Positions 51,576-59,707 of a DNA stretch of 64,000 nt are shown here, piece by piece. A model generated the notes under the pieces. That model saw only the letters and a list, made by a program, of their open reading frames with translations, made no database searches and was not told the DNA's origin. This stretch comes from Thermoproteota archaeon (GTDB lineage: Archaea; Korarchaeota; Korarchaeia; Korarchaeales; Korarchaeaceae): the NCBI GenBank assembly GCA_027492205.1, contig JAOZFN010000006.1:71369-135368 (forward strand). The letters run 5' to 3'. A program made the position numbers and the translations under genes. The first letter of the stretch is position 1; every line of letters starts with the position of its first letter.

Positions 51576-53288
51576 ATGGTGGAACAGAGCGTCGCAGAGA
51601 GGGTTGTCAGGGTAGCAGAGAGAGAAATACCAATTGGGGGCCCCACCCCGTCCGTGAGGGAGGGTGAGAAGCTCCTAAGGAGGACGCTCTCGCTGTGCCC
51701 CGAGTGCTACAGGCTGCTCCCGGCCGTGGTCTTTGAGAGGGACGGTAAGGTCTTCATTCGCAGAGTCTGCCCCGAACACGGGGAGATTGAGGAGCTCTAC
51801 TGGGGAGACGCTAGGTTCTACGAGAGGGCGTTCCGTTTCGAGGTTCCACCGATGAAGATTGAGCCGATCGTCCCCATGACTGCCCCGTGCCCGTTCAGCT
51901 GCGGCCTCTGCCCGGCCCACGGCGACATGACCGCCCTCGCGAACATAGTGCTGACCAACAGGTGCAACCTCGACTGCTGGTACTGCTTCTTCTACGCGGA
52001 GAGGGCTGGATTTGTCTACGAACCGTCTCTGGAGCAGATTAGGCAGATGGTGAGGGTTCTCAGGAGAGAGAGGCCCGTTCCAGGTCTGGCCGTCCAGCTA
52101 ACTGGGGGCGAGCCCACGCTGAGGGAGGATCTGGTCGACATCATCTTGATGATCAAGGAGGAGGGTGTAAGGCACATCCAGCTCAACACCCACGGCATAA
52201 CGTTCCTACAGAAGCCTGAGCTGATGAGGCAGGTCAGGCAGGCCGGAGTCAACACGATGTACCTGAGCTTCGACGGGGTCAGCCCGAAGACCAACGTGAA
52301 GAACCACTGGGAGATCCCCTACATCCTCGACATAGCCAGGGAGTCGGGCATGACCAGCATAGTGCTCGTTCCCACCGTGATAAACGGGTTCAACACGCAC
52401 GAGCTCGGAGACATCATTCGCTTCGCGGCCCTGAATATCGACGTCATCAGGGGGGTGAACTTCCAGCCCATCTCCCTGACCGGCAGGGTGCCTAGGTCAG
52501 AGAGGGAGAGGCTGAGGATCACGATCCCCGACGTGATAAGGCTCATCGAGGAGCAGACCAACGGCCAGATCCCGATGGACGCCTGGTACCCCGTGCCATT
52601 CGTGACATTCTTCAGCGACCTGGTCGAGGCCCTGACCGGCAAGCCCCAGTTCAAGATGACCAATCACCCGGCGTGCGGGGCGGCGACGTACGTGTTCCCC
52701 GAGTTCGAGCGCGTCGACGGGGAGAGGCGCGTGAAGAGGTTCGTCCCGATAACCGACTTCATAGACGTAGAGGGATTCAGGGAGTACGTGCTGGAGAAGG
52801 TAGAGGAACTCAGGGCCGGCGCCAACAGGTGGGTGACGCTCCTCAAGATCGCCGCCAACCTCTCCAGGTTCATCGACAGAGAGAGGCAGCCCGAGGGAAT
52901 CAACGTGCTGGCGCTCATGAGGCATGTCCTCCTCAGAAGGAACTACGATGCCCTGGCGGAGTTCCACTACAAGTCGCTGTTTCTCGGCATGATGCACTTC
53001 ATGGACCTCTACAACTACGATGTGCAGAGGGTTATGAGGTGCAACATCCACTACCTCTTGCCCGACGGGAGGGTGATCCCGTTCTGCACGTTCAACGTCC
53101 TGCCGGACCTCTACAGGGACTACATCCAGAGACGGCACGGAGTCCCCTTGGAGGAGTACGCCAGGACCCACGGGGCCAGGATGATCGGGCCTGAGAGCAA
53201 GTACAGGAGGGACGTGAAGAAGCTCGAGGCCGGAGAGCCCTACAAGAGGACCTACGCGCCCTTCATGCACCTCTGGAAGAAGTCCTGA
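51576..53288 (+). CDS. tes: Tetraether lipid synthase (Tes/GDGT-MAS) radical SAM enzyme
   Basis: N-terminal SLCPEC...CPEHG, CP..CGLC..H, TNRCNLDCWYCFFYA, QPIS..GR, HP.CG, MHFMD.YNYD..R..RC.IHY..PDGR.IPFC. Confidence 0.88.
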   Translation: MVEQSVAERVVRVAEREIPIGGPTPSVREGEKLLRRTLSLCPECYRLLPAVVFERDGKVFIRRVCPEHGEIEELYWGDARFYERAFRFEVPPMKIEPIVPMTAPCPFSCGLCPAHGDMTALANIVLTNRCNLDCWYCFFYAERAGFVYEPSLEQIRQMVRVLRRERPVPGLAVQLTGGEPTLREDLVDIILMIKEEGVRHIQLNTHGITFLQKPELMRQVRQAGVNTMYLSFDGVSPKTNVKNHWEIPYILDIARESGMTSIVLVPTVINGFNTHELGDIIRFAALNIDVIRGVNFQPISLTGRVPRSERERLRITIPDVIRLIEEQTNGQIPMDAWYPVPFVTFFSDLVEALTGKPQFKMTNHPACGAATYVFPEFERVDGERRVKRFVPITDFIDVEGFREYVLEKVEELRAGANRWVTLLKIAANLSRFIDRERQPEGINVLALMRHVLLRRNYDALAEFHYKSLFLGMMHFMDLYNYDVQRVMRCNIHYLLPDGRVIPFCTFNVLPDLYRDYIQRRHGVPLEEYARTHGARMIGPESKYRRDVKKLEAGEPYKRTYAPFMHLWKKS

Positions 53289-53344
53289 TTGCCCTCTGTC
53301 TCCCTCTTTCTCAATTTTTGTTCCCACCGTGGGAGAGGGTAGGG

Positions 53345-54481
53345 GTGAGCCGGGAGAGGCGCCACGTTGCCGTGGTGGGGGCCGGGCCGACGGGGATCAC
53401 GGCGGCGAATCTCCTCGCCGAGAGGGGTCTCGATGTGGTCCTGATATCCCGAGAGCGAGAGCCCGGCAGACCCACGATCTGCGGCGAGTTCATTCCGGAG
53501 CCAGGGTGGGCGAGGTCCATCCTCCCCGAGCACCTGTGGTGGGTCGTCGACTACACGTATGAGCTCCTGGATCTTCCGAGGACCACTCTGACGAGGATCG
53601 ACGTCCTGGAACTGAGGCTTGGATCGAGGAGGGTCGTCGAGCTGGAGTTCCCCTCCAGGGTCTTCGACAGGGCCAGATTCCTCCGCGCAGCCGCTCGCCG
53701 GGCCGAGAGGCTTGGCTCAGAGCTCAAGCTGGGAACCGCCGTGTCCGGGGTCGAGCTTCAGAGGGACGGCGTGAGGCTCTTCCTCAACGGGGGGAGGGGG
53801 GCCACCTCCCTGTACGTGGACTGGCTCGTGGCCGCGGACGGGGTCCCCTCCACCGCCGCCAGATCCGCGGGCCTGGGTCCGTATCGAGAGGTGGCCCTGG
53901 CGGTCAACCAGAGGAGGTCTCGGGTGAGGTACCCCGAGGACCGCCTGCTCATGTGGGTCGACTCCAGGGTGGCGCCCGGCGGGTACGCCTGGATAATCCC
54001 GAGGGGGAGGGGGACCGCAAATGTGGGGTTGGGTTACCCTCTCCCCTCCCCCCGCTCGGCGGCCGAGTACTTCTCGAACCTTGTCGCCAGGCTCCCTCAG
54101 CTATCCGACTCTTCGCCCGAGGATGAGCTCAGGGGCAGAATTCTCCCCGTGGCTGGCCTCAGGGACCGCCTTCACGTCGGTCGGCTTCTCCTCGCCGGTG
54201 ACGCCGCGGGGACGTGCATACCCTCCAACGGGGGCGGAATAAACACAGGGATGATATCGGGCGCGCTGGCCGGGAGCTCTATTGCCGACGGCGGAGGCGG
54301 AGCGGCCTACGAGTCAGCGATGAGGGCCCACATAGCGCCGATCCTGGGCAGGGCGCTGAGGTTCAGGAGGATCGCCACCCTCCTGATGAAATACGCGCCG
54401 GTCTGGGACCTGGTGTCGGCGATCCTTCCCAAAGGGCTGGTCAGGTCGGCGGTTACTCTCTCCGACTGGCCAGGGGCCTGA
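53345..54481 (+). CDS. Geranylgeranyl reductase family FAD oxidoreductase
   Basis: VVGAGPTG, CGE, DR, ADG, PGGYAWIIP, ANVG, GDAAG..P..GGGI. Confidence 0.82.
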   Translation: MSRERRHVAVVGAGPTGITAANLLAERGLDVVLISREREPGRPTICGEFIPEPGWARSILPEHLWWVVDYTYELLDLPRTTLTRIDVLELRLGSRRVVELEFPSRVFDRARFLRAAARRAERLGSELKLGTAVSGVELQRDGVRLFLNGGRGATSLYVDWLVAADGVPSTAARSAGLGPYREVALAVNQRRSRVRYPEDRLLMWVDSRVAPGGYAWIIPRGRGTANVGLGYPLPSPRSAAEYFSNLVARLPQLSDSSPEDELRGRILPVAGLRDRLHVGRLLLAGDAAGTCIPSNGGGINTGMISGALAGSSIADGGGGAAYESAMRAHIAPILGRALRFRRIATLLMKYAPVWDLVSAILPKGLVRSAVTLSDWPGA

Positions 54482-55700
54482 TATCTCTGAGCTTAATCCT
54501 CGCTCTCTTGGGCGGACTCCCCCAGACGACGAGCACCTCATCGCTCTCGAGCTTCCTCAGCTCTCGAAGGCTGTCCCTGTCGAAGAGTCTGAGTCCCCCC
54601 AAAACTTGAGACTGCCAGGAGACCCTCATCCCTGGGCAGAGAACCAGCACGGGGAAGGCGTCCCAAATCCTCGCATCGGCGCTCGAGTCCACGGCGAGGA
54701 TGAGGCCCCTCTCAGACATCTTGGAGATCAGGTCAATCAGCTCGGCCCTGAGTCTCCTGTCGGCGTCCCGAGACACAGACGCTGACAGCGCGGTAGCTAC
54801 GAGGAAGGATGGGTAGTCTGTGGAGAGCCCCTGCATTGCCACTAAGATGGCAGCCGACTCTCTGACCGTGGCGGGCTCAAGGGCTGAAAGGTCGACCACC
54901 AGCGCCCCGAACCTCGGCATCGCGTCTATTACCGAGACCCTCACCCCGCCGGAGAAGCTCCTTGCCAGCGTCCTAAGGTCAGGCGGAGAGGTGAGGTCCC
55001 TCGCCAGCGAGTCGAGTGACCTGTTCCTCAGCGCGGCCTCGACCGCCGCGGCGTTACCTCCGCAGGCCGCCGACAGTATGCTCGCGGCCTTGAGGTAGTG
55101 CTCTGGCCTGGCAGTGGGGCTGACCAGGTCCATATCCTCGGGGCCGACCTCTACATACGGAGAACCCAGCTCGTCGAGTTCCTCCTCTGCAACGCCGACC
55201 GTGTCCACCACCACAACCCTGAGGGGGGAGGCCGCGGCGGCCGCCGCCATCCTGAAGGCGACTCTGGCCGAGGACCTCAGGTCCGGACCGACGACGAGCA
55301 GGGACTCAAATGCCCGCGGGAGAGCGGGGATGCCACACCCCACCGACGCCTCCGCGACCCCTCCCCCCGAAGAACCTCGCTTCGCTCTTAAGAGGGGGGT
55401 TACGCCCTCAGTCCAGGGTTTGTACCCGGCGACGGCGGCCAGGGCGGCCCCCAGAAGCGGCGAGACCGTGTAGGCGATCGCCCCTCCGCCTATCAGCCCC
55501 AAGATGTCTGCCTGCCCGAGGCCCCTCCCCCTCCCTCCCCGAGTTGTCCAGGCCGAGGCTGTCCAAGCGAGGAGAACGGCCAGCGCCGGTGAGATCGCCA
55601 GACTGATGGGAGAATAGTGGACTTCGACGCTGAGCACGAAGAGGGCCGCGGCCAGGATAATGACTGCCTTGACGACCCGTCCTACAGCCAACACCGGCAC
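54453..55700 (-). CDS. Membrane-anchored protein with degenerate HerA/VirB4-like ATPase fold
   Basis: About 4 N-terminal TM helices. 'LLVVGPD', 'VVVVDTVG', 'LVVDLS', 'LRKLESDEVLVV' parallel HerA strands but Walker A and B are lost. Confidence 0.45.
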   Translation of the reverse strand: MPVLAVGRVVKAVIILAAALFVLSVEVHYSPISLAISPALAVLLAWTASAWTTRGGRGRGLGQADILGLIGGGAIAYTVSPLLGAALAAVAGYKPWTEGVTPLLRAKRGSSGGGVAEASVGCGIPALPRAFESLLVVGPDLRSSARVAFRMAAAAAASPLRVVVVDTVGVAEEELDELGSPYVEVGPEDMDLVSPTARPEHYLKAASILSAACGGNAAAVEAALRNRSLDSLARDLTSPPDLRTLARSFSGGVRVSVIDAMPRFGALVVDLSALEPATVRESAAILVAMQGLSTDYPSFLVATALSASVSRDADRRLRAELIDLISKMSERGLILAVDSSADARIWDAFPVLVLCPGMRVSWQSQVLGGLRLFDRDSLRELRKLESDEVLVVWGSPPKRARIKLRDIRPLASRRE

Positions 55701-55827
55701 CCGCTCTGCCGCAGGCCGGGGGGCACAGTTTTCAAAGCTTCCCAGCCATCCTGCCGGGACCGATGACTTAATAAGCCCCCTGTAAAACGGGCGTAATATA
55801 TCGTAAAACCCCGTGAAGGTGAAGCGC

Positions 55828-56262
55828 ATGATAGCTCAGCCCTGCGAACTCGTTGTAAAGACGCTGATCCCAGCGATAAGGGCGATGGTGGCGAGAGAGC
55901 TGGTTATGAACTCGGGGAAGAAGCAAGTTGAGGCGGCCGAACTCCTCGGAGTCACTCAGGCGGCCATTAGCCAGTACCTGAGGGGGACCAGGGGAGGAAA
56001 GCTGAGGCTGGACAAGTACCCAGAGGTGATCTCCATCGTGAAGAGGTTGGCCCGAGGATTGGCCGAGGGCAAGCTCGGGAAGGACGAGGCGGCGATCCTG
56101 GTCTGCGAGGCCTGCTACACGGCCCGTAAGCTCGGAGTCTTCTGCGACTCGGATGTCGGGTCCAGGGAAAAATACGCGGAGACGGCGCAGCTCATCTGCA
56201 AGTACGACGCCATGAGGCCTGAGCTACTCAAGAAGGTCTCTCCCAAAGGCTCTCTTGACTAG
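55828..56262 (+). CDS. HTH transcriptional regulator (COG2522-like)
   Basis: PCE......P.IRA..A..L, Q.EAAELLGVTQAAISQY...RG, C-terminal CxxC. Confidence 0.82.
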   Translation: MIAQPCELVVKTLIPAIRAMVARELVMNSGKKQVEAAELLGVTQAAISQYLRGTRGGKLRLDKYPEVISIVKRLARGLAEGKLGKDEAAILVCEACYTARKLGVFCDSDVGSREKYAETAQLICKYDAMRPELLKKVSPKGSLD

Positions 56263-56401
56263 CCCTAAACCAAAGTTACAATCCAAGAGGAAGGCCAACG
56301 GTCTCGCTCCGCCTGCCCTCAAGGGGCCAGAGAGATTGCTCAGACTCCAAAGGGGATAATATTTTTACGATTCATTGAGGGGGGGCTTCGGGTGTCGGCT
56401 C

Positions 56402-57748
56402 TTGGAGGAGGTTCCCAAGATACTTGTCGAGCCGCCCGGCCCCAAGGCCCGCAAACTCCTCGAACGGGATCAAAGGGTCATCTCGCCGTCCTACGTGAGG
56501 TTTTATCCCTTGGTGGTCGATCACGCTAAGGGTGCCCTCGTCTATGACGTTGACGGCAACGTGTACATAGACCTCAACTCGGGCCTGGCCGTCATGAACG
56601 TTGGCCACGGGCACCCCGAGGTCCTCAAGGCCATAAAGGAGCAGGCGGATCTCCTACTTCACTACTCGAACACGGACTTCTACTACGAGCCCTCCGTCAG
56701 GCTAGCCGAGAAGCTCGTCGAGATCACGCCGGGAGACTTCAGGAAGAGGGTCTACTTCGGGAACAGCGGGACAGAGGCAGTCGAGGCTGCGCTCAAGATG
56801 GCCCGCTGGCACACCAGGCGGCAGTACTTCATCGGCTTCATAGGGGCCTTTCACGGCAGGACCCTCGGCTCGTTGAGCCTGACGTCAAGCAAGCCCGTCC
56901 AGAGGGGGCGGTTCTCCCCGCTCATACCGAGCGTCGTCCACGTACCCTACCCCTACTGCTACAGATGTCCGTTCAGGCAACAGTTCCCGGACTGCGGGCT
57001 CTACTGCGTGGACTTCATCGAGGAGTGGGTGCTGAACAAGTATGTCCCTCCGGACGAGGTCGCGGCCTTCGTGATCGAGCCAATCCAGGGGGAGGGTGGC
57101 TACGTCCCGCCGCCCCGGGGGTACTTCGAGCGGCTCAGGAAGCTAGCAGACAGGCACGGGATCCTGCTGATAGTGGACGAGGTCCAGTCCGGCATGGGGC
57201 GGTCCGGCAAGTGGTGGGCCATCGAGCACTGGGGGGTGGTGCCCGACGCCATCACCTCGGCCAAGGCCCTCGGTGGAGGGCTGCCGCTCGGGGCACTGAT
57301 AGCGAAGGAGGAGCTTATGGACTGGGTCGGAGGGTCCCACGCCAGCACGTTCGGCGGCAACCCCGTCTCGTGCGCCGCCAGCCTCGCGACGATCTCCGTC
57401 ATCGAGAGGGAGAACCTGGTTGAGAGGGCAGCGAAGCTCGGAGAGGAGGTGAAGAAGCGGCTGGTGGACGCCATGAGCGAACACCCGCTGGTAGGAGACG
57501 TCAGGGGGAAGGGCTTCATGATAGGCGTCGAGCTCGTCAAGGACAGGGAGACCAAGGAGCCAGCGAAGAAGGAGGCGGCGGAGGTCATGATGCGGGCCTG
57601 GAAGAGCGGCGTAGCCGTGATCACGGCCGGCGTCAGCACAATCAGGATAGCCCCGCCCCTCAACATACCGGAGGAGTACCTCTGGAAGGCCATCGACATA
57701 ATCCTGGACAAGATGGGAGAGGTGGAGAGAGAGAAGGGGATGTCCTGA
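56402..57748 (+). CDS. Class III PLP aminotransferase (acetylornithine/GABA/ornithine-type)
   Basis: PPGPKA, NSGTEA, AFHGRT, EPIQGEGG, DEVQSG, SAKALGGG, STFGGNP. Confidence 0.9.
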   Translation: MEEVPKILVEPPGPKARKLLERDQRVISPSYVRFYPLVVDHAKGALVYDVDGNVYIDLNSGLAVMNVGHGHPEVLKAIKEQADLLLHYSNTDFYYEPSVRLAEKLVEITPGDFRKRVYFGNSGTEAVEAALKMARWHTRRQYFIGFIGAFHGRTLGSLSLTSSKPVQRGRFSPLIPSVVHVPYPYCYRCPFRQQFPDCGLYCVDFIEEWVLNKYVPPDEVAAFVIEPIQGEGGYVPPPRGYFERLRKLADRHGILLIVDEVQSGMGRSGKWWAIEHWGVVPDAITSAKALGGGLPLGALIAKEELMDWVGGSHASTFGGNPVSCAASLATISVIERENLVERAAKLGEEVKKRLVDAMSEHPLVGDVRGKGFMIGVELVKDRETKEPAKKEAAEVMMRAWKSGVAVITAGVSTIRIAPPLNIPEEYLWKAIDIILDKMGEVEREKGMS

Positions 57749-57765
57749 GGGAACTTACTACCATA

Positions 57766-57793
57766 AGGCGGGCGTCGAGCGCCCGTCTTTTTT
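57766..57793 (+). terminator. Hairpin plus U-tract terminator after the aminotransferase gene
   Basis: AGGCGGGCG-TCGAG-CGCCCGTCT stem followed by a T run. Confidence 0.55.
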
Positions 57794-57815
57794 ACCCTCG
57801 GTTTCGATACTGCAG

Positions 57816-58076
57816 GTGTCTCGGTTGGGAGGGTGGCCCAGGCGACTCGCCGCGATGGCGCTCGTGGCGGCGTTGGCGAGCACCACGGTAGCTCTAGCGA
57901 TCCCATATCAAGTCGTAGTCGTTTATCTACCTTATGAGAGGGTTTCCGAGGAGCACGTTGTCCATTGGACCGGGATAGGAGCACCTCAGCCGGCGCCCGA
58001 CCCCCCCGCGGCTATATGCGTGCCGCCTCATCCGCCGCTCAGGGGCCTGCTGACCTCCCTCCCCGCGCCGATCTGA
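57816..58076 (+). CDS. Small putative secreted or membrane Pro-rich protein
   Basis: Basic then hydrophobic signal-peptide-like N-terminus, Pro-rich C-terminus. Fills the intergenic space. Confidence 0.4.
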   Translation: MSRLGGWPRRLAAMALVAALASTTVALAIPYQVVVVYLPYERVSEEHVVHWTGIGAPQPAPDPPAAICVPPHPPLRGLLTSLPAPI

Positions 58077-58179
58077 CGCCGCCCCTCTCTACTGAATTTT
58101 TTATTTTATCTGAGAGAGACGGTGACCTACAAGGAGGCCTCGCCTCCTTAGCGGTACAAATTGGAGGGAGGGACGAGTC

Positions 58180-58407
58180 ATGGAGGCAAAGCTGGTTTCA
58201 GACGATGTAGCAGCCAAGCTGAGGGAGAGGGGATACGTCATCAAGAGGTACCCGACCAAGACCGTGGCCGAGTCCAGCTCGGGGTGCCTGGTGGTCTTCA
58301 AGCACGGCGGCTGGGTGTCCATATCCTACCAGGGCCGGGCGGTCAGCGCCCACCTGTCTCTCGATAAGGGCAAGCTTGAGGAGGAGGTTCGGGAGGCCTC
58401 CTCCTGA
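58180..58407 (+). CDS. Small hypothetical protein
   Basis: GGAGGG RBS, ATG start, codon usage typical of the window. Confidence 0.5.
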   Translation: MEAKLVSDDVAAKLRERGYVIKRYPTKTVAESSSGCLVVFKHGGWVSISYQGRAVSAHLSLDKGKLEEEVREASS

Positions 58408-58485
58408 ACTCACACTTTTCTTGCGGGGGTTCGACCCACCGGGCACGGGACGGTGCCGATTTTCGGCGACCTTACACGACCGCAT

Positions 58486-58495
58486 AATATAAAAG
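58486..58495 (+). promoter_or_regulatory. Putative TATA box of ino1
   Basis: AATATAAAAG about 35-40 bp upstream of the ATG, with a GGTGA RBS. Confidence 0.5.
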
Positions 58496-58528
58496 CGGGG
58501 ATCTTATGCTTTACGTGGGGGTGATTGG

Positions 58529-59608
58529 ATGGGCAAGGTCAGGGTGGCCTTGGCGGGCGTCGGGAACGTTGCCTCCGCGATCGTGCAGGGTGTCTATTTC
58601 TACAGGGATGCCCCGGATGACAGCTTCGTTCCGGGGCTGATGCACGTCAAGTTCGGCCCTTACCACGTGTCTGACATCGAGTTCGTGGCGGCCTTTGACG
58701 TGGACGAGAGGAAGCTGGGTAAGGACCTGTCTGAGGCGATATTCTCACCTCCTAACTGCGTGCCCAAGTTCGCGGACGTTCCCAAGCTGGGGGTCGAGGT
58801 CCTCAAGGGGCCCGTGCTGGATGGGGTGGCCCCGCACATGAGGGACTTCAAGTACGGCGAGGGCTTCAAGGTGGACGACTCCAGGCCCAGCGTCAACGTC
58901 GCCGATGTCCTGAAGGAGGTCGGCGCCGATGTGCTCGTGAACCTGGTTCCCGTCGGCTCCTACGAGGCCAGCAGGGCATACGCCAGGGCGGCGCTGGAGT
59001 CGGGCACCGGATTCGTCAATGGGATACCCGAGTTCATCGTCAGCGACTCAGAGTGGGGCAAGAAGTTCGAGGAGGCTGGCGTGCCCGCCGCGGGCGACGA
59101 CTTCAAGAGCCAGCTCGGCGCGACCATTCTCCACAGGGCCATCGTCGACTTGGCCGTGGCCAGGGGCCTCAAGATTATCGAGACCTACCAGCTGAACATA
59201 GGAGGCAACACAGACTTCCTCAACATGATCGAGGAGGACAGGCTCACCACCAAGAGGATCAGCAAGACGGAGGCGGTCACCAGCCTCGTCCCGTATGAGG
59301 TCAAGGCAAGGATCGGCCCCAGCGACTTCGTTCCATTCCTCGGCGACAGGAAGGTCATGTACGTCTGGCTCAAGGCCGAGCAGTTCGGCGGGTTCCCGAT
59401 CTACATCGACGTCAAGCTGAGCGTCATGGACTCGCCGAACGCCGCAGGCGTGGCGATCGACGCGATCAGGGCCGTGAAGATAGCGAAGGACAGGGGAATC
59501 GCCGGGCCTCTGGTCGGGGTCAGCGCATACTTCTTCAAGCACCCGCCCAAACAGTACCCCGACCCGGTGGCCAGGCAGATGGTCGAGGACTTCATTAGGG
59601 GAGGCTGA
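58529..59608 (+). CDS. ino1: myo-inositol-1-phosphate synthase
   Basis: GVGNVAS, AAFDVD..K, PVGS, GDDFKSQLGAT, QLNIGGNTDFLN, SKT, DSPN.AG, FKHPP. Confidence 0.95.
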   Translation: MGKVRVALAGVGNVASAIVQGVYFYRDAPDDSFVPGLMHVKFGPYHVSDIEFVAAFDVDERKLGKDLSEAIFSPPNCVPKFADVPKLGVEVLKGPVLDGVAPHMRDFKYGEGFKVDDSRPSVNVADVLKEVGADVLVNLVPVGSYEASRAYARAALESGTGFVNGIPEFIVSDSEWGKKFEEAGVPAAGDDFKSQLGATILHRAIVDLAVARGLKIIETYQLNIGGNTDFLNMIEEDRLTTKRISKTEAVTSLVPYEVKARIGPSDFVPFLGDRKVMYVWLKAEQFGGFPIYIDVKLSVMDSPNAAGVAIDAIRAVKIAKDRGIAGPLVGVSAYFFKHPPKQYPDPVARQMVEDFIRGG

Positions 59609-59707
59609 CCCCTCAACCCCCTTTTTGGAACAGTCTTTTCCAATTCTGAGCCTGCCCCGGGCCGACCGGGGTGTTAATATATTCGGGCGACCGCTGACCA
59701 ACCAACA

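Noticed and set aside
58423-58446. GGGGTTCGACCC resembling a tRNA T arm or att site
   Set aside because: No cloverleaf, no match to the 3' ends of the two tRNAs here, and no integrase.
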